41,054 nucleotides of DNA from sequence record SRR22947727_2720. One strand, given 5' to 3'. Each line of letters starts with the position of its first letter. Position 1 is the first letter of the stretch. The notes below the pieces were generated by a model. It was not told the DNA's origin. It made no database searches and was given only the letters and a program-made list of their open reading frames with translations. The translations under genes were made by a program, and so were the position numbers. This document shows positions 27,875-38,187 of this stretch, in pieces.

Positions 27875-28498
27875 TTACAAAATGTGAGCACTCAAACTTA
27901 AAAGCACAAATTGTCCCTGTGAATTTATATATTGGTTTTTGTTTTCAATGGGTTCTGGCAAAAAATTAACCTCGTGGTCCTGTCCGCTTAGAGAATACCT
28001 CACATCTATTTCAAATCTTTTGTACTCGTAACCCAAACCCAATTGAGTACCTACAAACCTGGCGCGCTCTAATGCATTAATGGAGTTGTCTTCAAAGACT
28101 GCTGCCTGATTTAAAGTCCATCTGGGACCTGCAAAAACCCTTAAAGCTCGAGTGAGGTTATATCCAAAAAGCAAAGGAACGTCCCATTGGGTCACATCAA
28201 AATCTGTTATGATGCGCTTGGTGTCCGTAAGTACAATAGGTATCTTATAAGAATGGTTTCTTCTCAGAGAAAGCGCTTCTACCCTCAGAAACCAATTTTG
28301 GTAGTTGTATTTTAAAAAACCGCCAAAATGGTTCCCAGAACGGCCTACATATATGTTGATATTTTTATCTAATGCCGCAACCTCTGCATCTATATTATTG
28401 ACGGTATCAAAATCTATACCCGCCACAACTCCAAAAGAAAATTGGGCTGAGGCTAATGTGGTGACCATAAAAAATAAGAACAACTTTAATTTTTTCAA
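27875..28498 (-). CDS. Outer-membrane beta-barrel protein (8-stranded porin/PorT-like family)
   Basis: Signal peptide ASA-Q, DVPLLFGY, RVFAGP, GLGYE, IDVRY. TTG start. Confidence 0.75.
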   Translation of the reverse strand: MKKLKLFLFFMVTTLASAQFSFGVVAGIDFDTVNNIDAEVAALDKNINIYVGRSGNHFGGFLKYNYQNWFLRVEALSLRRNHSYKIPIVLTDTKRIITDFDVTQWDVPLLFGYNLTRALRVFAGPRWTLNQAAVFEDNSINALERARFVGTQLGLGYEYKRFEIDVRYSLSGQDHEVNFLPEPIENKNQYINSQGQFVLLSLSAHIL

Positions 28499-28548
28499 GA
28501 AGAATTCGCGCTTAGTTAATTTTACCTGCGTTAAGATATAAAATTAAC

Positions 28549-29298
28549 TCAATCCCTGTACACCTCAATAGCCCTATTCTCTATGGCAGAAAGCCACTCC
28601 AAATTTTGTTGCTCCCATAAAATGGCGAGGCTATCTAAAGGGCTGGGATGTTGTTTGGGTTTGTAGTTGTCAAAATCCTGAAAAAGAAGGCCCTTGACTT
28701 GCTGTTTGTTTTTCCCTACCCTAAAACGGGTACCTCCCCCATTGGTATGGTAAGAATAGGCCATATAATCTATTTCAAAACGCAGGCTGTGTATCCAATA
28801 GTAAAATTGGTCTTGAAAATCTTCACCACCCCCTTCTTGTTTAAAAGTAATGGCCAACTGGTGGTAGCTTTGATTGTTTAACTGAGTTAAACCCTTGTAT
28901 TCTGCCATCACAGCCTGGTCCTGAAGTCCCAAGGGCAACTGCGCAAAATAAAGCACCGAATTTAAAGAATTGGCATAGAGCGTTTGTAGTGAATCTGAAA
29001 GTACTACAACTTGGCCATTTCGGGTCCTTTCAAAAGTGCTGAAATTGGTCCAAATGTCTTTGGTAAGTCCCAAACTGTCTTGTTTTTCTCTGGAATAACG
29101 GACACCAGAAGCGTCCCTGTTCACCTCGTAGTGGTAATCCCTAAAATTAAAAGCTATTTCAGTGAGTTTTCCTAGGTTCCATCCGTGGGCTGCAACCGTC
29201 TTTTGAATGAGGCTATCTGCATCCATTTCAGGCGTTAACCCGCAAGAAAACAACAATCCCAACAATAAACCCAATATTACTTTAGCCATAAATACCAT
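28549..29298 (-). CDS. DUF6503-like lipoprotein
   Basis: LFSC lipobox, FNFRDYHY, NSVLYFAQLP..LQD.AV, F.QEGGGEDFQD, YMAYSYHTNGGGTRFR. True start is 29298 or 29289, not 29382. Confidence 0.75.
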   Translation of the reverse strand: MVFMAKVILGLLLGLLFSCGLTPEMDADSLIQKTVAAHGWNLGKLTEIAFNFRDYHYEVNRDASGVRYSREKQDSLGLTKDIWTNFSTFERTRNGQVVVLSDSLQTLYANSLNSVLYFAQLPLGLQDQAVMAEYKGLTQLNNQSYHQLAITFKQEGGGEDFQDQFYYWIHSLRFEIDYMAYSYHTNGGGTRFRVGKNKQQVKGLLFQDFDNYKPKQHPSPLDSLAILWEQQNLEWLSAIENRAIEVYRD

Positions 29299-29299
29299 A

Positions 29300-29494
29300 T
29301 TAATTTTCAAAGGTAAAGATACCCTCAATTGGGGTCTTAAACAAATGGGCCAATTTAAAAGCCAATGGCAGCGAAGGGTCAAATTTACCTTTTTCTATGG
29401 CGTTAATGGTCTGGCGAGACACCCCTACTTCATGGGCCAAATCTTCCTGGGTAAAGGCGTCTCTAGCCCGGAGTTCTTTAATGCTATTTTTCAT
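29300..29494 (-). CDS. XRE-family (Cro/HTH_3) transcriptional regulator
   Basis: MKNSIKELR...TQEDLA..VGVSRQTINAIEKGKFDPSLPLAFKLA. Confidence 0.95.
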   Translation of the reverse strand: MKNSIKELRARDAFTQEDLAHEVGVSRQTINAIEKGKFDPSLPLAFKLAHLFKTPIEGIFTFEN

Positions 29495-29898
29495 TTGAAA
29501 CGTCTGGTGTTAATGGCTAATCCCGCCAAATAAGTCAAACTAATCACAATAGTCATAAAGGCAAAATCCATTTTAAAACCCAGTAAATCTTGCTGCTCCA
29601 AAATGGACAATCCCAAGCCCAAAACCACTGCTACACCCAAACTAATGGCCATGGCCTCTAAATGCAAGCGTTGTTGCAACTCGTCCAGGTTTAAAATGTG
29701 TTTTCTATTGGCCAAAATCATAGCCGCGCCAGTGATTAAAAACAAACCTACGCCTGCGTAAGTGAAAAGGGAATTTTCCCATATAAATTCAGGGCCAAAG
29801 GTGGCTAAGGCGGTACTGAGTACCCAAATCATGGTCCAAAGTGCCAATCTCTTGGTGCTTTTGTGCTGTAATTCTTTAAAAGATGTGGTATTTTTCAT
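29491..29898 (-). CDS. 4-TM membrane protein coupled to the XRE regulator
   Basis: Four hydrophobic segments, LDELQQRLHLEAMA motif, ATGA overlap with the XRE gene. Confidence 0.8.
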   Translation of the reverse strand: MKNTTSFKELQHKSTKRLALWTMIWVLSTALATFGPEFIWENSLFTYAGVGLFLITGAAMILANRKHILNLDELQQRLHLEAMAISLGVAVVLGLGLSILEQQDLLGFKMDFAFMTIVISLTYLAGLAINTRRFK

Positions 29899-29931
29899 AA
29901 GGTGTAATTGTAAATGTTATTGGCTATTAAA

Positions 29932-30010
29932 TGTAAAACTTACTTGATATTTTGTAAAGTTTATTTGACAAATATACACATTTATTTAAAAATGTAAAGT
30001 AAAGTTGACA
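29932..30010. promoter_or_regulatory. Three 18-bp pseudo-palindromic operators TGTAAA-N6-TTGA(C/T)A overlapping a minus-strand -7 box
   Basis: Sites at 29932-29949, 29953-29970 and 29993-30010. Perfect TATATTTG on minus at 29976-29969. Confidence 0.8.
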
Positions 30011-30131
30011 TTTAATGTGAGTTGTTTTATAAAAACAGCCTCATATTCCGTACAAGTGAAACACTTTGTAACGTTTTAAAATACCGTTCGTCTTTAATGG
30101 GACTAATCACCGCTTTGCAAGCCTATTACTT

Positions 30132-32336
30132 ATGAAACATTGCTTAAATATTTTTATCCCTTTTTTAAGTGCGCTCTTTATGGCATCGGCCCTGTGGGGC
30201 CAAGAAACCGCTCAGAAAATAGACAGGTTTCAGGTGCCCGAATTTGACGGGGTGGTTGGGGAACAGGAGTGGGCCAATACACAGAAATTCCTGATCAATT
30301 ACGAGATAGATCCCGGAAATAATACGCCCTCTGAAAACCTCACCGAAGTATTTGTGAGCTATTCTGAAACCCACTTATACGTGGGATTTATTGCCTATAC
30401 AGACATGAAAACCCTGAGGTCTTCTATTAGAAACAGGGATGAAGCGTGGAATGACGACCTTGTGATGTTTGGGATAGACACCTATGGAGACGGCAGGTAT
30501 TTGATTAATTTTGGTGCCAATGCAGAAGGCAATCAGGTAGATATGAAATTCACCGCAGACGGAAATGACGACGAATCCTACGATATAAATTTTGAATCCA
30601 AGGCCAGCAAACAAGAAAACGCTTACCATGTAGAACTCAAAATTCCTTTTAATGTCCTTCAGTTTAAAAAAGCCCTTAAATATGATTGGAACATCCTTTT
30701 ATACCGCTCAACTTACACAGGGGAAAACAGGAGCCAAAACCTAAATATTGCCATAGATAGAAACAACAATTGCCTTCCCTGTCAGGCGGTGAGCACCATT
30801 CATCTAGAAGGGATTAAATCTGAAAACAGGCTGCTTTTTACCCCTAATATGGTGGGAAGTTGGTCCGGTGAAAAAGTAGCGGGTGCTTTGTCATATGGGG
30901 CCTTAGACGCTGGCGTGGGGCTTAGCGGACTCATAGACCTCAACAATACGGCCTCTTTGGAATACACCATTAATCCAGACTTTTCTCAGGTAGAAGCAGA
31001 CGTTTCTCAGGTCACAGTGAACAATACTTTTGCAGTGGAATTTCCGGAGCGTCGTCCTTATTTTAACGAGGGAAATGACATGATTGCTTCTGAACTTAAT
31101 ACGGTGTACACCAGGGCTATTAATCAACCGCTTTTTTCTTCAAAACTCATCTCTCAGGGGGAGAAAAATAGGGTGTATTGGCTCACTGCCTACGACGAAT
31201 CTTCTCCGTATTTAGTGGCAGGAGAAAACGAGTCCGTACTAGAGCAAGGGGGAGCGTCTTATGCAAATATATTAAGGTACCAGCGCACTTTTAAAGGGGG
31301 TTCAAATGTGGGCTTTTTAACCACCAACCGATTTTTTACAGATGGAGGCTCAGGAAATACCTTTGGACTCAACGCCCTGTATAGGATGAAGGAAAAATAT
31401 GCTTTTACGGCAGAATTCAGTAAGAGTGTTATTAAAGAACCTGAGGCAGATTGGATAGACAACAACGGGCTCATTAAAAATAAGAGTATTGCTTTAGACG
31501 GTGAATCCCTCAAAGGAGATGCCTTGGCCTTAAAGGTGACTAGAAATACCAAGCATTGGAATTCAGAAGCCTTTTATGAACATTATAGTCCCCATTATCA
31601 GACGCCTTTAGGATTTATTACCCGAAACAGTATTAAAAGGGTGTTTTTAGGTCATGGGTATCAGCAGTTTTTTGAAAAGGAGAATGCGGTACGGCAATTG
31701 AATCTTTTTGTGGGTAGTGAGGCCATTCACAATTACGACGGTTTAAAAAAATACAGTACCCTGGGCGGGGAACTCTCCTTGCAATTGGCGGGAAATATTA
31801 ATATAGAATTCAGTAAATGGTGGGTCCTCAATGAGGAGTTTGAGGGCTTTAACGCCACCAATATGCCAGAAAACAATTTTTTTATTCGCTTCAGTCCATC
31901 GGAAAAAATAAATATGAGAATATTCACCTCTTGGGGAGAGAATATTTTTTACGGAGACGCTCCTGAGGTGGGGAAAAACTTTTTTCTAGGGAGTTTTAAC
32001 AACTTCCAATTTAGTCCCAAATGGTCTGTAGCCCCAAGTATTCGGTACTCCAGATTGGGTCATTTAGACGGGAAAAATACTTTTTACGAGGGTTTCATTG
32101 TCAGGGGAAACACCAATTATCAATTCAATCAAAACCTCTCCTTAAGACTGGTGTCTGAGTTGAACTCTTTTGGATCAGGCGCTTTTGTGCAGACCTTACT
32201 CAAATGGAACCCCAATCCATTCACCATATTTTACATTGGGGGCACCAATGGGTATTCCTACGCAGAACATATTGGAGACCTGCGCGTAGATGGGGTAAAC
32301 CTCTACTTTAAATTTCAGTACCAATTTGGTTTGTAG
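30132..32336 (+). CDS. Outer-membrane protein with CBM9-like N-terminal domain and DUF5916-like barrel
   Basis: PEFDGVVGEQEW, HLYVGF, VELKIPF, TINPDFSQVEAD, FPERRPYFNEG, C-terminal FKFQYQF. Confidence 0.82.
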   Translation: MKHCLNIFIPFLSALFMASALWGQETAQKIDRFQVPEFDGVVGEQEWANTQKFLINYEIDPGNNTPSENLTEVFVSYSETHLYVGFIAYTDMKTLRSSIRNRDEAWNDDLVMFGIDTYGDGRYLINFGANAEGNQVDMKFTADGNDDESYDINFESKASKQENAYHVELKIPFNVLQFKKALKYDWNILLYRSTYTGENRSQNLNIAIDRNNNCLPCQAVSTIHLEGIKSENRLLFTPNMVGSWSGEKVAGALSYGALDAGVGLSGLIDLNNTASLEYTINPDFSQVEADVSQVTVNNTFAVEFPERRPYFNEGNDMIASELNTVYTRAINQPLFSSKLISQGEKNRVYWLTAYDESSPYLVAGENESVLEQGGASYANILRYQRTFKGGSNVGFLTTNRFFTDGGSGNTFGLNALYRMKEKYAFTAEFSKSVIKEPEADWIDNNGLIKNKSIALDGESLKGDALALKVTRNTKHWNSEAFYEHYSPHYQTPLGFITRNSIKRVFLGHGYQQFFEKENAVRQLNLFVGSEAIHNYDGLKKYSTLGGELSLQLAGNINIEFSKWWVLNEEFEGFNATNMPENNFFIRFSPSEKINMRIFTSWGENIFYGDAPEVGKNFFLGSFNNFQFSPKWSVAPSIRYSRLGHLDGKNTFYEGFIVRGNTNYQFNQNLSLRLVSELNSFGSGAFVQTLLKWNPNPFTIFYIGGTNGYSYAEHIGDLRVDGVNLYFKFQYQFGL

Positions 32337-32370
32337 ACATGCGGAATTTACCTACTTTGCAGCCGTAATT

Positions 32371-32398
32371 TTAACCTTAAGGTAACCTTTATTTGACC
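32371..32398 (+). promoter_or_regulatory. Three direct repeats with 11-bp period (TTAACC / GTAACC / TTGACC), candidate PhoB/OmpR-type box
   Basis: Hexamers at 32371, 32382 and 32393, followed by TATTTTTA at 32409 and the phosphate-transporter ATG at 32436. Confidence 0.55.
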
Positions 32399-32435
32399 CT
32401 TAAAAGGTTATTTTTACGCCTTGTAAACAAACACT

Positions 32436-34745
32436 ATGGACAACTTGTACTTGTTAATGCTAGTGGCATTAGCGGCTTTAGCCATTGCGGATCTTATTGT
32501 AGGGGTCAGTAATGATGCTGTGAATTTCCTCAATTCAGCAGTGGGCTCCAAAGCCCTTTCCTTTAAAACCATTATGATTGTGGCTTCTATAGGAATTGCA
32601 TTGGGTGCAATTTTCTCCAGCGGAATGATGGAGGTAGCCAGAAAAGGTATCTTCAATCCCAGTGAGTTTTACTTTAATGAAATCATGTTCATTTTCATTG
32701 CCGTAATGATTACAGACATACTGTTGTTAGATTTTTTTAATACCATTGGTCTACCCACTTCTACTACGGTATCTATTGTTTTTGAATTGCTCGGTGCCTC
32801 TGTGGCCATGGCATTGATTAAAATCTACAAGAATGGTGGTGATTTTGCAGAAGTAGTGAACTACATAAATACTTCTAAAGCCTCAGAAATTGTTGTGGGA
32901 ATATTGCTCTCTGTCGCTATAGCTTTTACTGTTGGGGCACTGGTACAATGGAGCACTAGGGTACTACTCTCCTTTAATTTTGACCAAAAGCCAAGTTGGA
33001 TGTCTGCGTTATTTGGTGGAATTGCCACCTCTTCTATTACCTATTTCATCTTAATGAAAGGTATTAAAGGAACCGCATTTGCTAGTAGGGCTTTAGAGAT
33101 TGCAGATGGGCTCACCATAGGAGCTTATATTGAGAGTAATGTAGGTTTGATCATTTTGATTAACCTTCTCGTTTGGTCTGCTATTTCTTATGTGCTTATT
33201 GAAATTTTCCGCGTAAACATATTCAAATTTATCATCTTAATTGGAACCTTTGCGTTGGCTTTAGCCTTTGCCGGAAATGACCTGGTAAACTTTATTGGAG
33301 TGCCCATTGCTGCGCTTCAATCCTATGAAGCGTGGACCCTTTCTGGAGTGCCTGCAACAGAATTCAGCATGCAAATGCTTTCCAATAAGGTTCCAACACC
33401 CACCTTATTATTATTTATATCTGGCGGTGTTATGGTGGCCACGCTTTGGCTTTCAAAAAAATCTAGATACGTAGCAGAAACTGAGATTAACTTAGCCAGA
33501 GAAGGAGAATCCAAAGAACGTTTTAATCCGAATGGATTTTCGAGGATTATTGTAAGACTGGCCATTAATATTGGGGCATTTTTAAGAGCAATCACCCCGA
33601 ACCAACTTCAAGAAAAAATAGATATACAATTTATAAAGGCACCCAAAAAAATAGCCAAAGGAAGCAAAGAAGATGGCGCTGCATTTGACATGGTTCGTGC
33701 AGCAGTAAACTTAGTCGTTGCAGGAATTTTAATTTCCGTGGCTACCTCTTACAAACTGCCGCTTTCTACTACCTATGTCACTTTTATGGTAGCCATGGGA
33801 ACTTCTCTTGCAGACAGGGCCTGGGGTGCAGAAAGCGCAGTATATAGGGTAGCCGGTGTTCTAAATGTCATTGGCGGCTGGTTTGGTACTGCACTAATTG
33901 CTTTCACTGCTGCTTCTTTAATATTGGGTATTTTATTTTTTGGACAGGGTTATGCCGTAATTGCACTACTTGTTGCTGCAGTAGTTATTTTAATGAGAAA
34001 TTATATTTCTTACAATAAAAAAAACAAAGAAATTAAAGCAGAAGACAGCCTAAGAAAAGCAGAGAGTAGTTCCATTCAAGGCGTGATTGAGGAGAGTGCT
34101 AACAATATTTCTAATGTGATTAGACGGTCTAAGATTATTTTCTCTAATGCAGTAGACGGCTTAGCCAAACAAGATTTAGAATTATTAAAAAAGAACAAGA
34201 AGCAAGGGGCCAAACTGGCCGATGAAATTGACGACCTACGCAACCATATTTTTTACTTTATCAAAAACCTGGACGAGTCCAGTGTTCGTGCGAGTGATTT
34301 TTACATCTCTACTTTAAAAGACCTAACAGATGCCGCCCAGTCTTTAGACTATATTTCTAAGGTGAGTCACAAGCATGTAAACAACAACCATAAAAAACTA
34401 AAATACAATCAATTAAAGGAACTTAAAGAAATTGAAATGCTCTTTGAAACGGCCCTTTTTGACAAGACCAAGAGTATTTTTGAAAAGAGAAACTTCAACG
34501 ACATTATTCATGTACTCAATGCAAAAGAAGACATGTTACGTTCTATCTCAGATAAAATTGAGACCCAAGTATCCAGAATTCGTTCAGAAGAAACAAGTCC
34601 AAAAAATACCACACTTTATTTCTCTATACTCACAGAAACAAGGGACTTGCTTAACGCCATCATGAATCTCTTAGAAATGTACTACAGGTCTTATGACGCA
34701 GACATTACCCCTGCGAGTATTGAAGAGGAAAAGAAGAAAGGATAG
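32436..34745 (+). CDS. Inorganic phosphate transporter (PiT/PHO4 family) with C-terminal helical PhoU-like domain
   Basis: GVSNDAVNFLNSAVGS, GLPTSTT, AGNDLVN, KLPLSTTYV, soluble helical C-terminal region. Confidence 0.9.
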   Translation: MDNLYLLMLVALAALAIADLIVGVSNDAVNFLNSAVGSKALSFKTIMIVASIGIALGAIFSSGMMEVARKGIFNPSEFYFNEIMFIFIAVMITDILLLDFFNTIGLPTSTTVSIVFELLGASVAMALIKIYKNGGDFAEVVNYINTSKASEIVVGILLSVAIAFTVGALVQWSTRVLLSFNFDQKPSWMSALFGGIATSSITYFILMKGIKGTAFASRALEIADGLTIGAYIESNVGLIILINLLVWSAISYVLIEIFRVNIFKFIILIGTFALALAFAGNDLVNFIGVPIAALQSYEAWTLSGVPATEFSMQMLSNKVPTPTLLLFISGGVMVATLWLSKKSRYVAETEINLAREGESKERFNPNGFSRIIVRLAINIGAFLRAITPNQLQEKIDIQFIKAPKKIAKGSKEDGAAFDMVRAAVNLVVAGILISVATSYKLPLSTTYVTFMVAMGTSLADRAWGAESAVYRVAGVLNVIGGWFGTALIAFTAASLILGILFFGQGYAVIALLVAAVVILMRNYISYNKKNKEIKAEDSLRKAESSSIQGVIEESANNISNVIRRSKIIFSNAVDGLAKQDLELLKKNKKQGAKLADEIDDLRNHIFYFIKNLDESSVRASDFYISTLKDLTDAAQSLDYISKVSHKHVNNNHKKLKYNQLKELKEIEMLFETALFDKTKSIFEKRNFNDIIHVLNAKEDMLRSISDKIETQVSRIRSEETSPKNTTLYFSILTETRDLLNAIMNLLEMYYRSYDADITPASIEEEKKKG

Positions 34746-34798
34746 ATCTAATCCGTTTTGTTTTTATACCTTTAAAATCACACTTTAAGTGGTCTTAA

Positions 34799-35395
34799 AT
34801 GTATCGTACCCTTTATGTCTTTTTAAAATTAGTGCTCCTTGGTTTTTGTAGCCTTTTTAGTTCTCTTACGCTTTGGGCACAAAACAGCAGTGCTGCCTTA
34901 TTTGAGGGTCCTACATACGCAGACGTACACCGTACCATCAATGAAAGACACAAATTCTTAGGCCCTTATGAATTTCAAGAGGGCAGTATTTATTTTGACG
35001 GTATTTGGCAGGAAGGCATAGAGATTAAATACGATTCTTACCAAGATTTACTGTTATTAAAACACCCCACTGCTCCAGGAGCACCTACGGTTATTGTCAA
35101 TTCAAATAGGGCCAGCCAGTTTAAACTAGGGATGAGATCATTTCATTTTATTCATGAAGAAGGCCTTAAAGGTGCCCAAGGTTATTTTGAGTTATTGGCA
35201 GCGAATAGCCATAGTGCGCTATTAAAAAAGCAGCGTACAAGAATTCAAAGAAAACAAGCCAGTGGGTTAGCTTATTACGAGTTTAAACAGGCTCCATATT
35301 ACCTGTATTACGAAAAAGGGGTCTATAGTGTGATAAAGAAAATGTCTTCAGAATTAGAGGCCATTTACCTTACAAAAATCTCTAGAGAAGAATGA
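34799..35395 (+). CDS. Secreted hypothetical protein, first gene of the TBDR cluster
   Basis: Signal peptide, GSIYFDG...IKYDSYQDLLLL, GYFELL. ATGA overlap with the TBDR gene. Confidence 0.7.
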   Translation: MYRTLYVFLKLVLLGFCSLFSSLTLWAQNSSAALFEGPTYADVHRTINERHKFLGPYEFQEGSIYFDGIWQEGIEIKYDSYQDLLLLKHPTAPGAPTVIVNSNRASQFKLGMRSFHFIHEEGLKGAQGYFELLAANSHSALLKKQRTRIQRKQASGLAYYEFKQAPYYLYYEKGVYSVIKKMSSELEAIYLTKISREE

Positions 35396-38184
35396 AAAAA
35401 TCACTCACTTTATGGGTCTTTTGTATTGTAGTATTGGGCGCTTTAAAAGCCTTGGCTCAAGGCCCTACAAACACTATTGTATTTAAAGAAGTTCCTTTAA
35501 AAAAGGCTTTGGATTCAGTGGCACTGCATACGGGTGCCAAAATTTATTACGCACAAGATTGGGTCAAGGACCTAGTGGTCAATGGTTCCTATGCTGGAAA
35601 TACGCCAAAAATCCTTTTAGAAGCCCTTCTCAGTGGCACCAACCTCAATGTATTTGAATGGGAAAGGCAGTATATCATTACACAAAACACCTTAATATAC
35701 CCAGATATTGTGGCCTCATTTTACAGGGGCGAATTTCAAAAAGCAAACAGTTCTGATGCTGATTCTAATGAATTTTCTTCAAAGCTTCCTTTGGAAATTA
35801 ATTTTAACAACAAGACAAACCCTAAAGACAATCCCTTAAAAAGAACAACTATAACAATTGGAAAGCAAACAAATTATATTGCTGTAAACGGGTATACTAT
35901 TACTGGAAAAATCACTGAGGCAGACGGAATTACTCCCATTCCAAACGCCACAATAATTTTAAACAATCAAGAAGACTATACCTCTACCGACGGATCAGGA
36001 GACTTTGCTTTTGAGGGAATTTCTTATGGATCACAGCTGCTTAAAGTCTCTATTGTGGGCTATCAAAATGTGGAACAACCCATTAAAGTATTCAACAACG
36101 GTAGCCTGAATCTAAGCCTTCAAGAATCATTTGAAGCCCTAGAAGAAGTGGTGGTTAAAGCTGGGGCAAAAAAAGCGGTAGAAGAAGTGGGTAGTGGCGG
36201 AAGCTCTTTTACTCCAGAAGAGACCAAAAACATCCCTTTGGTTTTAGGAGAACGGGACCTTTTTAAAGTAGCCACCACATTACCTGGTGTGAGTTCTGCG
36301 GGAGAGGGTGCCTCTGGATTTAATGTGAGGGGCGGTAAAACAGACCAAAACTTAATTTTATTAGACAGGGCCGTGGTGTACAATCCCACCCATTTTTTTG
36401 GTTTATTCCCTGCCTTAAACCCTTTTGCAGTGGCCGCATTAAATGTGTATAAAGGCTCTATCCCTGCCCAATACGGTGGTAGACTTTCTGCTGTTTTTGA
36501 TATGGAAACCAAAGCACCAAGCAATCAGACGTTGAAAGGAGAGGCTTCTTTAGGTCCCATAACGGCCAACCTGATGTTAGAAATTCCCATCCAAAAGGAC
36601 AGTGCTTCCTTATTAATTGGAGGTCGTTCTGCGCATGCCAACTGGGTGCTGGGTGCATTAAAAGAAGAGAGTTTGGCCAAAAGTACTGCCTTATTTTATG
36701 ACGGTATTATAAAGTATCAGCAACAGCTCAATAAAAAAAACACCCTAAAAACTACCCTCTATCATTCTAAAGATGCCTTTAGTATTACGTCAGATTCTAT
36801 TTATGGCTATACCAATACTGCGCTATCCATTCAATGGCAGAGGCAACTGGCCAATAAACAATTTTTAAATACTGCAGTAACCCACAGTCGCTATGGTTTT
36901 ACCATTGATTATGAAGGCAGCGGGAACAATGGTTTTAAACAAGGCTACGAACTCACAGACTCACAACTCCTCATAGATACTAAAACTGAACTACACCCCA
37001 AGCACACCCTTGCCTACGGGATCATGATAAAAAACTATCAGATGCAGCCTGGGTTTAACAAGCCTTATAGCGCTAACGACCTTACAACTGTAGTAAATTT
37101 AGAGGCAGAACAGGCCTTAGAAATGGCTGTTTTCGCTTCTGATCTCATCAATATCTCAGATAAAACCGCAGTAGAATTGGGCCTTAGATATAATGTATAT
37201 GCACAACTTGGCGCCCTTACTCAACGCACATATGAACCCAACAGTCCTTTTAACAACGGCAGTTTAAATGCAGAGGAGTTCATAGGCAAAGGACAAATTG
37301 TGGCTACTTATACTGGGCTAGCCCCTAGAATTTCTTTTAGGTATTTACTCAATGAGAATAATTCCATAAAAGCGAGTTACAACAAAGCATTTCAGTTTAT
37401 TCATACCCTTTCAAACGCCACCACTCCAGCGCCCAACGATTCCTGGAAATTGTCTGACAACAATATTAAGCCCCAAGCTTCTGAACAGGTATCGCTTGGG
37501 ATTTATCACAACAGCAGCAACCAAAAATATACCGCCAGCGCAGAGGGATTTTTTAAAAGGCAAGAAAACCTATTGGATTTTAAGACTGGAGCCTCTTTGG
37601 TGTTAAACCCTAGGGTAGAGCAAGAAGTCATTCAAGGTTTAGGTAAATCTTATGGTGTAGAATTGTTTCTTCAAAAAAACATCGGAAAATTAAACGGATG
37701 GCTTTCCTATACATTTTCAAGATCACTGTTGCAGTTGGCGAGTGATTTCAGAAATTTAGAGATTAACAATGGGGCCTATTTTCCAAGTAATTTTGACAAA
37801 CCACATGATTTTAGTGGGGTGTTTAATTATCAGTTTTCCAAAAGATGGAGTTTTTCTGCCAACCTGATTTACCAAACTGGAAGGCCCATTACTTTTCCTA
37901 TAGGAAACTATCAATTTAATGGATCTGAATACGTGCTTTACAGCGACAGAAACAGCTATAGAATTCCAGACTATTACCGTTTGGATTTGGGTATTAATCT
38001 AGAAGGAAACCACAGAAAAAATAAACCCTTTAATGGATTTTGGAGCCTCTCCGTTTACAATGCCTTGGGGAGAAACAATCCCTATTCCGTATTTTTCGTG
38101 AATGAGTCCGGGTCAATTAAAGCCTTACAGAGCAGTATTTTTGCGGTGGCAGTACCATCACTTACTTACACCATTAATTTTTAA
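35392..38184 (+). CDS. TonB-dependent receptor with N-terminal extension and carboxypeptidase-regulatory-like domain
   Basis: LEEVVV, LPGVSS.GEG.SGFNVRGG.TDQNLILLD, YGGRLSAV, GWLSYTFSRS, PDYYRLD, YNALGRNN, C-terminal YTINF. Confidence 0.93.
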   Translation: MKKSLTLWVFCIVVLGALKALAQGPTNTIVFKEVPLKKALDSVALHTGAKIYYAQDWVKDLVVNGSYAGNTPKILLEALLSGTNLNVFEWERQYIITQNTLIYPDIVASFYRGEFQKANSSDADSNEFSSKLPLEINFNNKTNPKDNPLKRTTITIGKQTNYIAVNGYTITGKITEADGITPIPNATIILNNQEDYTSTDGSGDFAFEGISYGSQLLKVSIVGYQNVEQPIKVFNNGSLNLSLQESFEALEEVVVKAGAKKAVEEVGSGGSSFTPEETKNIPLVLGERDLFKVATTLPGVSSAGEGASGFNVRGGKTDQNLILLDRAVVYNPTHFFGLFPALNPFAVAALNVYKGSIPAQYGGRLSAVFDMETKAPSNQTLKGEASLGPITANLMLEIPIQKDSASLLIGGRSAHANWVLGALKEESLAKSTALFYDGIIKYQQQLNKKNTLKTTLYHSKDAFSITSDSIYGYTNTALSIQWQRQLANKQFLNTAVTHSRYGFTIDYEGSGNNGFKQGYELTDSQLLIDTKTELHPKHTLAYGIMIKNYQMQPGFNKPYSANDLTTVVNLEAEQALEMAVFASDLINISDKTAVELGLRYNVYAQLGALTQRTYEPNSPFNNGSLNAEEFIGKGQIVATYTGLAPRISFRYLLNENNSIKASYNKAFQFIHTLSNATTPAPNDSWKLSDNNIKPQASEQVSLGIYHNSSNQKYTASAEGFFKRQENLLDFKTGASLVLNPRVEQEVIQGLGKSYGVELFLQKNIGKLNGWLSYTFSRSLLQLASDFRNLEINNGAYFPSNFDKPHDFSGVFNYQFSKRWSFSANLIYQTGRPITFPIGNYQFNGSEYVLYSDRNSYRIPDYYRLDLGINLEGNHRKNKPFNGFWSLSVYNALGRNNPYSVFFVNESGSIKALQSSIFAVAVPSLTYTINF

Positions 38185-38187
38185 AAC

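Noticed and set aside
29299-29382. N-terminal extension of the DUF6503-like ORF
   Set aside because: It overlaps the XRE gene, and the lipoprotein signal peptide begins at 29298 or 29289.
29300-29898. Toxin-antitoxin pair
   Set aside because: The partner is a 4-TM protein with no recognisable toxin motif. A regulator/sensor cassette is more parsimonious, though TA is not formally excluded.
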